Source: the human T2T-CHM13v2.0 reference genome, Homo sapiens
Direction: 5' to 3' (one strand)
Length of the DNA: 64,000 nt
Assembly (NCBI RefSeq): GCF_009914755.1
Contig: NC_060934.1
The first letter of the stretch is position 1. Every line of letters starts with the position of its first letter. The notes below the pieces were generated by a model that searched no databases, was not told where the DNA came from, and worked only from the letters and a program-made list of their open reading frames with translations. Below are positions 1 to 13,559 of the stretch, piece by piece. A program made the translations under genes and the position numbers.

Positions 1-1530
1 ATGTTTTGTCCAGGTACTATGCCAAGAACCCAATAGACCTACCTGCAAGAAACCATACAAAAAGCAAGATTCCAGGCTGGCATGACGATCAAATTATGTA
101 CTTCAATGCGTGTGAATGCATTTATAAGCACAGTCTCAATACATAAATAAGGAACAAAATATTTAAAATGTATAAACAGATCATTTCTCTTTGCTTTCTT
201 TAAAATACTATATCAGAATCACCTGAGGAACTTGATAACAATTTTTTTAAAAACTATTATAACTACGTATATTAAGCCTTGTTAAAACCACAAGTTTTAG
301 AGGTTTAAGCCTTACTAGGTCAGCTCTTCTGATTTTGAGAGTTTAAGTGAAAATTTAAATTATAACACAGTATGTGGAGTAAACCTGCTTCAAATATTAG
401 TTTCTACATTATTGTTTCTATAAAAATAGTAATCTTCTGTATTTTAATATCAACTCATCACATATTAAATATTTCAGTCAAATCAAAATTTCATTTGAAA
501 TCTTCAATCTAAAAAATACACAGTTAAGCGCTTAAAAAGTAATTTTAACCACTAGGAAATGTTAATGATTAACTCACATTTGTTTCTGTTTCACTCCATG
601 ACAAAGTCTATAGGACACCCTGCAGAGAGGAAAACTCACATTAATATACCCATAATTTTACTTTCAGAAGCTTCTGGTAATCAAAGACTTATTATGAGGT
701 GTCTTCATGTTACCACTGCGCAGTAGCAAACTTAAAATATTCTAAAGATTAATCTATTTTCTCATTTTTTTAATGCTTTTGTTAAAATCTCAACAAGTAC
801 TAACATGTTATCTAAATTTAAACCTTAAAACAATAACACGACCCAATATGTGAACTCTGCCTATTAATTCTAAAACTTTTAATAATAGTTTGCTTATGTT
901 TGAGACTTAAAACAATAACATACTGCACTACACCCATCTTAGATATTTTCTAGGATCAAAGTCTATCTGGAGCAGGGCAAGCTGTGGTTGAGGGTGGTTG
1001 GGTCAGCAGGTAAGAGCCTTATGACCAGCTCTAAACGCCTCCACGGTGAGGAGCACCTCGAGCTAACAGACCAAGCACCAAAGGGTGGAACAGCTCAAGG
1101 TTGCATTTAGGAGACTCCAGCCTCGGCCGCCCGTGACTCCTCGACGAGCCCCACCTCTCTCGGTTCCAGCATCCGGCCCGCCCCTTCCTCCCAGGCTACC
1201 ACAGTATCGCCCGCCGAGCTCCCGGGCTGCGGGAAATGACGGAAACAAAAACTTGGTACACAAAGAAGGGCTAGGTCAGAAGTGAGGTCCCACCCTGGCA
1301 AGAAGGGCGACTTTTCTAGAAAAACTTAGCGGCAAGTTAACGGGAAGCGCGGCGACACAGTTCCTACGATTGTGGGGGGCACTCTGCCGCCAGGCAGTCT
1401 CATCCTTTGTCCTTTGAGAGGCCTCCTTGAAGCCGAAGGCTCTTAAGTGTCCCTGGGCAACCCTTGACTCGATCTCCATTACGGGCCCTCACTGACAGCA
1501 GCCATGACAGTTGCTTCCGGATATATTGAA
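1..1530 (-). ncRNA. ENTPD1-AS1: 5' end of a spliced minus-strand lncRNA, tentatively ENTPD1-AS1
   Basis: CpG island plus a minus-strand exon at 578-619 and a further minus-strand donor (GCAG|GTAGGT) at 43/42. No long ORF. The name is recalled from the divergent ENTPD1-AS1/ZNF518A arrangement ~40 kb apart and is not verified. Confidence 0.5.
578..619 (-). other. Candidate 42-nt internal exon of the minus-strand transcript
   Basis: Read on -: acceptor TTTTCCTCTCTGCAG|GGTGTCC and donor AAAT|GTGAGT. Confidence 0.55.
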
Positions 1531-1690
1531 TCGCCGCGGCCAGAGTCTCCCGGAAGTGACGCAACGCGGAGGGATCCGCGTTCGGCAGTGGGAGACCGAA
1601 GCGAAGTGGTTCCCGGAAGCGGCTGCAGCTGGGCTGCTGGTGGCGGGGCGGGGGTAGAGTGGGGAGAGAGGTTGTGGGTCTTACAACCAA
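1030..1690 (-). promoter_or_regulatory. CpG-island promoter (left), probably driving a minus-strand lncRNA
   Basis: GC/CpG-rich stretch in AT-rich surroundings. ETS-half-CRE composite CCGGAAGTGACGC at 1550-1562, further CCGGAAG cores at ~1513-1520 (-) and ~1613-1620, GC box ~1643-1654. Confidence 0.85.
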
Positions 1691-1719
1691 CCAACCCCAA
1701 CACGTTTTACGTGTTAGGC

Positions 1720-1915
1720 AGGCATTGTGCTGAACACCTCATTGGCAAGCCATTTAATCCCTTCCTTACAATCCCAGCAGTCAGAAATGTATCACTTACA
1801 TTTTATATATGGGGAAACTAAGGTTAAGAGAGGGCAAGTAAATTTGTCCGAGATCGTATAGCTGGTACTTGGTGAACGTGGTCTAACCCAGACACCGCGT
1901 TCTCCCTGGTGACTC
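1720..1915. mobile_element. MIR SINE fragment
   Basis: MIR core-like GGGGAAACTAAGGTTAAGAGAGGGCAAGTAAATTTGTCCGAGATC. Confidence 0.6.
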
Positions 1916-4723
1916 CATTTTGTAAAACCAGAGCTGTTGGCGCATGGCATCCTCGTAAGCCCCTTTAAGTTAGGCACTCTGTTGCCCAGAGAGGGGCCAA
2001 CTTGTAGCCAGTATGCTCTTTATGGTGAACACAAGGCCCACGTGTGTGCCTGGGTCCCCTTGGCTGAACCTCGGATTTCAATTGGTTTCTGACACCTTGC
2101 CTTTGCAGCATTCTCCGTCTGCAGCGCTGGTTACCTGAGGAAACTGTCAATGATTGCTAGGCTCTGGGGAACATTTTAGCTCCGTTTAGGCCCTTTTAAA
2201 TCCAGGACTAAGACAGTTGGAGGCCTCTCACCATCACCAGATACTCTAGCTGGCCTTAACAGAGGGCCAAGGACCATAATCTTGGACTTTCCACCAGACC
2301 AAGTGTTTGTTTGGCTTCTGTTTCTTTAGAATATGACTGAAAACCAATCTGTAGTTTGTTTAGTCTTCTTTCTGCATTGACCAGTACTCACATAATAAAG
2401 TGGGACTAGCCACTAAGGCTATGTTTTTGTAAAAACAAATTATGCCTAGAAAAACACAAGAAATACATCAAAATTAACAGTGATAGTGTTTGAATAGAGA
2501 GTGATTTTATTTTTTTCTCTCTGCTTTCTCTTTTGCATATCTGCTATAAAACCCTTTTAAAATAGAAAAATAAGCAAACTGGCTATGGTAAAAACATTTT
2601 TAATTGCCTGCTGTTATAATGACGGCAAAGGCATGTTGTCACATTTTGATAAATGACCGTCCTTGATACAAATCACGTAGAGAAATCCTGTTTGACTAGA
2701 AAAGCATTGGATTTTTGTGAGTCAGTGTATTCTCAAAATTTTCGATATTTTGTTTTGGTTCTATAATCCTCACAGGAAAAGTAAAAAAGCAAATTGATGT
2801 TTTTCACACACTTTCGTATGAGAGTATGCTACCACCAAAAGTCTTCCCTAAAACAAAGTTGCAGGGGTCAAGTCATGTGGGGCGTTTGGATACTTGAAAT
2901 GGTGGAGAACAAATATAAAAAGCTATTTTTATTCTGGCTGCTTTGGGGTACAGTTTTAAGCAATTTATTTCAGACTGCCAAAGAAAGCTTCATTCTTTAT
3001 TCACATACTCTACTTCCCACTATTGCTTATTAGTGACTTCTAAAGCAGTGACAAAACAAGTAAAAGAAGATAGAAAGGAAAAATGAGAAGGGATCACGGG
3101 AAGAAGAAAATGTGGAGGAACAAAGACAGATGGTGATATTGGGGTTACTTTGGAACTCCAGGGTAGCATGTAACAGCCTTCTTATCCAAGTCCTGGCACA
3201 GGCCTGGTTGCCTACTAAAAGGTAAATTAGCATCTATGATGTTCCTGCTCACATACTCAGCACCCACAGTGATAAGTCTTACTAAAAATTCATCTTGATG
3301 CGCATTCAAATTAGACATATATTTTAACAAAAATGGAGGGGTTGAACAACAAGAAATGTAAAGTAAAATCCCATCATTTTTCCTGTTTTTTTATCTTACC
3401 ATGTCATTCATTCATCCTGTGGTTAGTAGTATAACTATAAACTGGAAGTTTTGCCTGCAGCATTATAAAGCAACAACTATGAAACGCCAAAGTGAGGTGC
3501 TGACAAGATGCATGTTTTCCAAAGAAATGTCTTTACATTAGTCTGGCTCTGATGAGAAGTTGTTATGATGGGATTAAATGTGCAACAATTTTATTAGAGG
3601 AAACACCTGTGAGAGAGAATGGGCGGGAGCCAAGCAAGACTGGGAGAGGCTGCAAGTCTGAAATTGAGTAAAGCAGAGAGAGAGGGAAGGGTGGTGGAAG
3701 TTTCCTGGACTGCCAAACAGTCTAAGCAAGATTTAGAAAGGCTATTGGAAATCCTCAAGCCAAAATCACCTGTCAGAGGAGTCCTTCTTTCAGGAGCCAG
3801 CCTGCCTTATTATCTGTGCTGCTCTCAGTCACCGGCTGGAGCAGCCCATGGGTGAAAATGTGGCCAGGGAATTCAGAGTGCAGCAAGCATCTAGAGCCCT
3901 TGATCAGTTTTGCTCCCTGTATTGGCAGCCACAGTCCAAGAACTGGTTTTGCCGCTATTGGAACCTTTCACCAGTTTCATGGGTTAAAAGAAGATGTTGA
4001 AAGAGATGAGTTTATGAGGAGAAGTTTTGGGGAGAGCCATTGTTATATGCTTCCCCAGTCACCTTCAAGTCTAGTGAAGGGGGCTTCAATAGCAATACTC
4101 AGAGAACTTGACATGCATTTCCTGGGTTTTGAGAGGTACAGTAGTATCGTGACTCACATCTGGGAAATCCCAGGGGTAGGAGAGATGGGCCAGTGAGAAT
4201 TTTGGCATAGGAGTGAAGGAAAGTTGCTATGTTGGGATCTGTAGTCACTGCCGTAGTTTGTCAAGGCAAATGATGCCTGAGTGTTTCTCGTGCAGCAGAT
4301 GTGGGCCACGTGAAAAAAAGAGAAAGTTGGCCTGAGACCTTTTTGACTCTTGTGTATGGAGAGAATCTGTATGGTATGGATTGTTAGAGAAGCCATAGCT
4401 GTAGATGGAGCAATAGCTGGAGGAACAGAATGTATTGCCTATCTAGAGTGACCAACTTGTCCAGTGCCCTTGGACTTTCCCTGCTTTAGTACCAAAAGTC
4501 CCAAGTCCCAGGAATCCATGTTTGATCATTCTGTGTGTCATAGGAGTTGCAGCATCCAACAAACCTAAAAATCACCCGTGAGAGTGAGCCAAGTTTAAGT
4601 TTCAAGCAGGTCTAGAGTGTAAAACCAGCTTATGACCATGCCGGGATTAAAGTAGATTTTAGCAGAGGACAATTTGAAAATGACGCTGAAACAAAAATTT
4701 CTACACACTCTTTTTTTGGAGTG

Positions 4724-5133
4724 TGTATTAGTCTGTTGACACAGCCAAAATACCATAGACTGAGTGGCTTACACACAGAGATTTATTTTCTCACTGTCCT
4801 GGAAGCTCAAAGTTCAAAACCAGGGTTTTGACCAATTTGCTTTCTGGTGAGGGGCATTCTTCCTGGGTTGCAGCTGGCTGCCTTCTCACAATATCCTCAT
4901 ATGGCCTTTCCTCGGTACATACTCGAGATGAAGAGGCGTGGAAGAGAAAGAGAGAGAACTTTCTGGTGTATCTTCTTATAAGACACTAATTCTGTCAGAT
5001 CAGGGACCCACCCTTATGACCTCATTTCATCTTAATTACTTCCTTAGAGGCCCCATCTCCAGATATAGCCACAGCGGGGGTTAGGGCTTTACCATATGAA
5101 TTTGACGGGCACACAAACGTTCAATCCATCACA
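4724..5133 (-). mobile_element. MaLR solo LTR (MLT1-type)
   Basis: TGTATTAGTC...ACA termini, MLT1-like body, perfect 5-bp TSD GAGTG at 4719-4723 and 5134-5138. Confidence 0.8.
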
Positions 5134-6329
5134 GAGTGTGACTCTGCAACACAGAGATACCTTTTTTGGGTAGGGGCGGTCATGAGAACATTAGGTCTGT
5201 GTTTATGTCTCACACTCTTAAGGAGAAGTTATGCTATGGTGACTTTGCAGCCCTGTATCTTTATGAACAAATGTAAATATGATGTCTATAGATCGTTTGT
5301 GACACTTTTAGAGCTCTTTAGACATTACTTTAATCTTGTCAAGGAAAGTTGGATACCCAGAGGACCCTGTTATTTTTGTGTTCTGCAGAGCAGAGGATGT
5401 CACACGCTAATGTTCACACTACTGAACTCATGAGGAAACCCACAACAGACTCTGTGTACATAGTGATCAGGACTTGGGCTAAGCCCTGGGGCTTGTACTT
5501 AGCTACAGGGACTTAGTAAACAGTGGAACTATTCTGATAAGGGATATGTTACTGCTTCTATTTATGAAATTTGATTTTTTTTAAAGTTAACACAGGATTG
5601 GCTAATCAGAGAATATATCCTCTTACATCTTTTTTACAAATATGAACTCAAGTAGTTGTAAGACTCCAGCTTAAAAGGCCAGTATATTAAGAATGAATTG
5701 CTGTTAAACAAAACAAAACAAAAAAAAGACAGACATAGATTTGAGCTTCCTTTAGCATCCACTTGATCCTTCCAGGAGGTATAGCTGTTTTTTTAATTCC
5801 TTAAGGGGTATAATAGTTGGAATTATGTTCAGCTATGAGGAAGTAATAGAAATTTTCAAAATAAGTTTATTTAAACATGACATAAATTAATTTTTTTTCT
5901 TTTAAGACATCTAGATGAAATCAATTTAGAGTTCGTACAGTTATTCATGGGGTGAGGATTCCAGGCTCCTCCTATCTTGTTGCTCCACTATCTGTGGTGT
6001 CCATTTTCCAAGGTAATTTCATGATCTAAGATGGCTGTTAGAGCTGTAGCCATTCCAGTGAACAGGAAAGACTAGGGGATTCAAAGAAAAGCACAATTGT
6101 TTCATTTCAGGATAGTTCCCAAATGTTACACACAATCCTCTGCAAGACATGTGGAAAAGGTGGTATTTTATTTTCTGGTAAGCCAGTGCCCAGCTAAAAA
6201 ATTAGTTTTTATTACTCTATAACAAGGGTCAGAAAATGATGGCCAATTGGTGAGTTGCCTGTTTTTATAAATAAAATGTTATTGGAACACAGCCATGCTC
6301 ATTTTACCTGTCGTCCATGTCTACATGTT

Positions 6330-6940
6330 CTTTTAAATGATTTTATTGACATAATTCACATTATACAATTTGCCCACTTAAAGTGTAAAATTCAGTGGCT
6401 ATTAGCATTCACAGAATTATGCATCTATCACCACAATCAAGTCTAAAACATTTCCATTGTCCTGAAAAACCCCACGACCTTTAGGTATCTCTCCAATCCC
6501 CCATATCTGCTACCCATAATCTTTCTGTCTGTATAGATTTGCCTACTTTGGACTTTTCATGTAAGTGGAATCATACAATAATTTGGGTCTTTTGGGTCTA
6601 GCTTCTTTCACTTAGCATAATGTTTTCAAGATTCATCCATACTGTAGCATGTATCAGTACTCCATTTCTTTCTGTGGCCAGATATTCCATTAATGGATAT
6701 ACCACCGGGTGTTTATTCATTCATCAGTTGATGGACATTTGGGTTGTTTCTTCCTTTTAGCTATTGTGAATAATGCTTCTATAAATATTCATGTACACAT
6801 TTTTTTGTGGACATATGTTTTCATTTCTCTTGGGTATATTCCTAGGAGTAAAATTACTGGGTCTTGTGGTAAAGGTATGTTTAACCGTTTCAGAAACTAC
6901 TAGACTATTTTCCAATGTGACTGCACCAATTTCCCACCTT
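6330..6940 (-). mobile_element. Old L1 (L1MB-like) 3' end fragment
   Basis: Antisense L1 3' motifs such as CATTCATCAGTTGATGGACATTTGGGTTGTTTC. Confidence 0.8.
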
Positions 6941-7118
6941 CAGAAACATGTTTGTATCTGAATGCATATCTCCTATATTTTAAATAAATAAATATATGCA
7001 GGGAAAAAATAATAGATCAGAAAGAGAGAGAATCCCATTGTTATTCTGGTTGTCCCTAAGATTTGCTCTATCCCTCTCCTATCTGAGGTTTGATTATTAT
7101 GTGAGCGAATAAGTCCTC

Positions 7119-7574
<456 letters not shown>

Positions 7575-9459
7575 TGAAAAATACAACTTTCTATCAACTG
7601 TGATAGAAATCAGTAGTGACAACCAATATCAGTTTCCTCCTGTTATTTTTGGGCACGCAGCTAGACTATGTTTCCCAGATCCCCTTGTACTTAGATAAGA
7701 TTATATGACTAGATGTCACCAGTGGAATGTGAGAAGTGATGGGTGTCATGATTGTAGTGGTTAAATATGGATATTGACTTATTTTTCTACTTTCCTTTTC
7801 TGAAGGCCAGGTGTGGAGAATTCAGAGGACTCTGCTTCTTGGGGAAGGTGGAGCTACTAGATATTAAAAACTTAGGTCCCTGAATGACTGCATGGAGTAG
7901 AACCCTTTCATTATGTCTGTTAACCCATATTGGACCGGGACATGAAAAAGCAATAATCCTTTATTCTGTTAAAATACGAAAGTAAAACAAAAACAAAAAT
8001 AGCAGGTAGCCTACTTTAATACATCTACAGCCTTAAAATACTTCCTTATGGATTTTGATGGTTCTGGCTAATTTGGGCAAAAAATATGGCATAAAATATC
8101 AATCATCTGAATAAATGTGATTAAGATTTAACCAAGGTCATCATGAGAAATACTATAGTAGTATAGCTATTGGTGGTACCTATTCAAAGGATCACATACT
8201 AGTTTCCATATCCAGTTTGTGGAAGTCTTCGAAGCAATGTTTAAAGATGAGTTACCTAGAGATTGTGTGAACATAAAAATGTGGATGATCTAGAGGACAG
8301 AAGCAATTACCCTGATGAAGATGTAAAAGTTGTCACTGTAAATATCTATCACTGAAATCTCACATCATTTGTATTATTCAAATGTGTGTCCAGTGAGGCA
8401 AAAGAACTCATGGTATTAATTTGAATGCCACATATTGGTTCTTTAGAAATCATTTCCCTCCTCCTTTAGAAATCACTTCCTCCTTCACCTAGGACAAACC
8501 ACAGATAACTGCACAGGCTCTGTAAATGGTTTTAAGAAGTCTTCAACGATGCCCCTAAGAACATATTTGGTTCCCTTCTGGTAGATTAAATGCTACCTAG
8601 CCTGAGGAAGACCCCCTGTGTACTAGTATTTTTCTCCTACCATGAGTGACATATTGTAAAAGCATTAGGCATCCAGATGTTCTACTTCTCATTGCTTTTC
8701 TAAATGTTTTATTGAGATATACCTTCTACTATAAGATGACTCATTGTTAGGCAGTATTTATCAAGCAGCTATGCCAGTTATCAACTGATTGCCTCTCAGC
8801 CCCAAATTTACCTTTTTGCCTGATCAGTAAACATGGACCTGGGTCCTTGAAATATTTTTCCTTAGCCAGTGGGCATGATGTTAATCTTCTTAAGAAGTGG
8901 GAGCTGGAGAGACATTGCAGGAGGAGGAAGTTTTCCTTCCTGGTCCTGGTGGCTTTTATTCTCTATTGCTTGGCCTCTATTCTCTATTGCTTTTATTTTC
9001 TATAGCTTGGCCTGTGTAGTTTTCTCCGGTATGAGGTACCTAAAGGAGGCAGATTTCTCTAGTGGCCACTGTGTCAATTTCTAGACTTGGGTGGCAGAGG
9101 CATAGCCAGGAGAATGGCATGAATTTGTGCCTTCCCAGGTCACTGCTCTCTTCGCCCATTCTTCAGACCCACAATGTGTACATGCCTGGAGCCCTGCAAG
9201 CTGGCTGTGAGGAGCCCTGCAAGCAACGCTACCCTGGCTCTAGTGAGCCAGCCACCCAAGCTTTGCCTGTGCAGCTGCCCAGAGCTGCCCTTGTCCAAGC
9301 CACACACAGAAGCACTAGTTTCCTGTAGCTCCCAGTTCCAGCAGCATCCACAGTGGTGCTCTATCTTGTTCTGTGCACTTGACTTCCTGCCTAACACCCA
9401 CCTACCAGTGTGAGCTTGCCTGTACCCTCCTGCTTACCCAACAACTAGGCATAAATACA

Positions 9460-9890
9460 TCTTTACAACTTTGCGTCTTCCAATTCATGAATATTGTATA
9501 TTTCTCCTTTTATTTCGTTGTTCTTTAGTGTCTTTTACTGAAGTATTATAGTTTTATCTACAAATATTTTACATACTGTTTAAACATCTATTCCTAGTAT
9601 TTCATATTTTAATGATATAATAAATGGCATCATCTTTAAGTTTTTAATTTTTAACTATTTGATTGGAGTGCAACACATTTTTATATGTTGATTTTGTATA
9701 TCCAGCAACTTTGCTAAACTTTCATATTACTTTTAATCATCTATATATAGGTTCTGTTTAATTTTCTATATCCCAAATTGTGTCATCTGTGAATTCTTCT
9801 TTTCTAATCTTTATGGTTTTATTTATTTTTCTTGCTTTATGTACCAGTGAAGACACAAAATATAATGTTGAATAGAAATGGTGTTAATGT
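9460..9890 (-). mobile_element. Old L1M ORF2 fragment
   Basis: Antisense L1 motifs (GTTGATTTTGTATATCCAGCAACTTTGCTAAAC). Confidence 0.7.
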
Positions 9891-9891
9891 C

Positions 9892-10100
9892 TGCCTGGCA
9901 TGGTGGCTCACGCCTATAATCCCAGCACTTTGGGAGGCCGAGGCGGGCGGATCCCGAGGTCAGGAGTTTGAGACCAGCCTGGCCAACATAGTGAAACCCC
10001 GTCTCTACTAAAAATACAAAAAAAAATTTAGCCAGGTGTGGTGGCACATGCCTGTAGTCCCAGCTACTCGGGAGGCTGAAGCAAGAGAATTGCTTGAATC
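9892..10100 (+). mobile_element. AluS, 3'-truncated
   Basis: Alu left arm and part of the right arm, ending abruptly at TTGCTTGAATC with no tail. Confidence 0.9.
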
Positions 10101-10414
10101 CTTCTCTTTTCTCTTTCTTTTCTTTTCTTTCTTTTTTTCAGATAGGGTCTTACTTTGTCACCCAGGCTGAAGTGCAGTGGTGCAATTGCTGCAGCCTCAA
10201 ACTCTCAGACTCAGATGATTCTCCCATCTCAGCTTCCTGAGTAGCTGGGACTACAGGTTGCATCACCACACTCAGCTAATTTTTTTGTATTTTTTGTAGA
10301 GATGGGGTTTTGCCATGTTGCCCAGGCTGGCCTCAAACTCCTGGACTCAAGCAATCTGCCCACCTCAGCCTCCCAAAGTGCTGGGGTTATAGGCTTAAGC
10401 CATGGTGCCCAGCC
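10101..10414 (-). mobile_element. AluJ
   Basis: Pyrimidine tail then antisense Alu, directly abutting the preceding + Alu. Confidence 0.9.
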
Positions 10415-11395
10415 AAAAGTTTGGGATTTTTCAATCTGGGCCTGGAAAAGACAGATTAGTCTTTCTCAACTGGTAGAGAAATGAGGGTAGATGAGATCAC
10501 ATGGAAGACTTAGAAACAATAACATTCTTTACTATCAGGACAAAAAATTTTTTGCAGTGAGATAAAGCTGACATGTAAAGAGAAGCTGAGATAGGAGATT
10601 GATGGGAAGAAATCTGAAAATTTTTATATCACTGTTTCTGGGATCTCCTGAGACCCAGTGTTACGTGTACCCTTTCAGTAACTGTGTATTCAACCCTTCA
10701 TTTCATTATGAAGAATATCATACCTTGATATTTTTTCAGTAAATTTATATTTTCAGCCTAGTTTGTTTGCAACCATAAGGAAGTTTCAATGCATACATGA
10801 TTGTTGCAAAAAAAAATACAAAAAATTATCAAGCAAAAAGCAGGATTTTCTCCTCTCCTTCTACCTTACTGTTCTCATTATAGTATTAACTTCTCACCAC
10901 AGTGTTCTTAATATCTTTCCGTGTTCTTTCTATGTATATTACACATGTGAAATTATATATTTATAAACTACTTTCATCACTGTTTCACTCAGCGTTATAT
11001 TGCAGAATTCTGTGTCAAGATACAGAAAATACACTTTTACCTTTTTAGTAGATGTGTTGTATGGTTGTACCCCTATCTGTATAACTAATTTCCTATTGAT
11101 AGATATTCAAAAGATGTTCCCAATTTAGTGGTATTACAAAACAAAGATATAAAATTCTTTGCTTCTTTGTTAATTCAATAGAAATATATTGCCCATATTA
11201 CGTGCCAGACAATTTTCTTGGCAAGTAATTTTTCAAGCTTCTGTTGGTAGAAAGGGGAAGAAATAAACAAGAAAACAAATACATGTGAACTAAATAATTT
11301 CATCTAGTGATAAGTTCTGTGAAGACAAATAAAACAGGGAGATTTCATACAAAGGGAAAGATGTGGGTGTAGAACTTCTTCAGAAGGGGACCTGG

Positions 11396-11715
11396 GGAGG
11401 TAAGCAGTGGCTCACACCAATGGAGTCCCAGTGCTTGAGGAGCTAAGCGGGGAGGATCACTTGAGTGCAGGAGTTTGAGAACAACCTGGACAACATAGCA
11501 AGACTCTGTCTCTCCAAAATTTAAAAATAAAAAAATTAGCTGGGCATGATGGCATGCTCCTCTAGTCCCAGATATTCAGGAGTTCAGGAGGCTGAGGTGG
11601 GAGAATTGTTTGAGGCCCGGCCCAGGAGATGGAGACTATAGCGAACCATGATCGTGCCACCCCAGCCTGAGCTACAGAAGGAAACCCTGTCTCTTTAAAA
11701 AAAAAAAAAAAAAAA
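11396..11715 (+). mobile_element. AluJ (diverged)
   Basis: Diverged Alu dimer with poly-A. Confidence 0.85.
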
Positions 11716-11827
11716 CCGGGAGGCGAAGCTTGCAGTGAGCTGAGATCGCGCCACTGCACTCCAGCCTGGGCGACAGAGCGAGACTCCGTCTTAAAAAAAA
11801 ATAATAATAATAAAAAGAAAAAAAAAA
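11716..11827 (+). mobile_element. 5'-truncated AluY in the tail of the AluJ
   Basis: CCGGGAGGCGAAGCTTGCAGTGAGC...GACTCCGTC plus A-rich tail, CpGs retained. Confidence 0.85.
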
Positions 11828-11980
11828 GGAGGAGGATCTGGGTCGTTTCTGCTGCAAGGTGGGTGATATTTGGCCTAAATCCTGAATGATACAAAGAAAT
11901 GGGCCCTGTGTGATCAAGGCAGACGAACATGGAAAGCAAAGATCCTAAGGCGGTAACAACTTGGCAGTTTGGAGGAAAAG

Positions 11981-12350
11981 AGAGGTGGCCAGTGTATGTG
12001 TTAGACTTCTTGCAATCAGTGGAAACCAATATAACAGTTTAAGCAGGAAGATAATTTATTGAAAGACACTTGGCAGCTCACAGAATCTCCGGGATGGCAA
12101 AGAACCATCTTGGATACTGGCCTACCAAGACAAATTCCCAAAAATCACACTGTGGAACTGGTCTAGAGGTGGCCAGTGTATCAGTTAGACTTCTCCTTGC
12201 AATCAATGGAAACCAATATAACAGTTTAAGCAGGAAGAGAATTTATTGAAAGATGCTTAGCAACTCACAGAATCTCTGGGATGGCAAAGAACCATCTTGG
12301 AGACTGGCCTACCAAGGCAAATTCCCAAAATCACACTGTGGAACTGGTCT
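11981..12350. repeat. Tandem duplication, 2 copies of ~185 bp
   Basis: Units start AGAGGTGGCCAGTGTAT at 11981 and 12165 and both end TGTGGAACTGGTCT. Roughly 90% identical by eye. Confidence 0.95.
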
Positions 12351-12608
12351 AGTGGGAACATCACTACTGTGCTTGCTGGTATATATGCTATTGCTTGCAC
12401 CAATAATGATACTGCTACTGCTGACTCTTCAATTTCCATGTATCTGCCACCTTACCCTCCACCCTTATTTATGACACTAGTTTCCAATTTAAAGTCTGCA
12501 GAAGTGACTCCCTCATGTAGATCCTATATGTGTTTGCACATTTGTACTGGTATTTTTAGACTAAATTCCAGAGGAACAGTTGAGTTTAAGGAGAAGCACA
12601 TTTACATA

Positions 12609-12872
12609 TTTTTTTAAGACAGGGTCTCACTCTTGTTGCCCAGGCTAGAGTGCAGTGGTACAATCATGGCTCACTAGAGCTTCTACCTCCCAGGCTCAAG
12701 TGATCCTCCCACCTCAGCCTCCTGAGTAATTGGAACTACAGGCACGCACCACCGTGCCCCGCTAATTTTTAATTTTTTGTAAAGGCGAGATCTCCCTGTG
12801 TTGCCCAGGCTAGTCTTGAACTCCTGGGCTCAAGTGATCCTCCTGACTTAGTCTGCCAAAGTGTTGGGGTTA
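12609..12872 (-). mobile_element. AluJ, 5'-truncated
   Basis: Antisense Alu ending at CAAAGTGTTGGGGTTA. Confidence 0.9.
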
Positions 12873-13559
12873 CCCAACACTTGTTATTACTTATTAACTC
12901 TAGATTTATGTTTCAGGGTAGGATTGCAGAGCTGCATATATTTGGACTTCATCCTGGCTCTGTGGCAGTAATTATGCATCATTGGGCAAATTAGTCTACT
13001 TCTCTGGGCTTCATTTACCTTGTGTATATAATATGGAAATGACTACCATGTTTCTTGAGACTGCCAGTTGTCCCCCAGTATCCTCTTTCCCCTTCTATGC
13101 GCACAGAGCCCCAAATTTTATCTAGATCCATACCTATGCAGAATCAATACTAATTTACTCTTTTCCCTTAGTCATAGCCAGCATTAAAATCTGTTGAGCC
13201 AGTGTCAGCAATTTGTAAGAAAATCCCAGAGGTTAATAATGAAGCACTTTTTAAAAATGCTGCATCACAAACTTTCTTTATGGTACATGGGATGATACTG
13301 GATAGAAAAACAGATATTTGTGCCACTGAGTTAAAGTGACTGAACACAAATGTAAATGTGAAGAAATTTTAGAAATACCTTAAATGATTTGTTTTGCTTA
13401 CATATTTCTTTTTGTATGTACAAAAATTATACATAGTTGAGTACATGTCTAAATAAATCAAAAAGGTATATTTCAGTAAGCACACAATAAAAATCTTGAT
13501 AAAAGGGCATGTCACAATTTAATTGAAACCATTTAAAAAATTTTTTAGATTCAATTAAA

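Noticed and set aside
8040-8360. Coding-looking purine-rich stretch (VDDLEDRSNYPDEDVKVV)
   Set aside because: No sustained ORF, splice-site pair or recognisable family. TBLASTX would be needed.
11981-12350. CRISPR-like or other regularly spaced array (here or at 39753 and ~52963)
   Set aside because: These are simple two-copy tandem duplications without spacers, in primate DNA.
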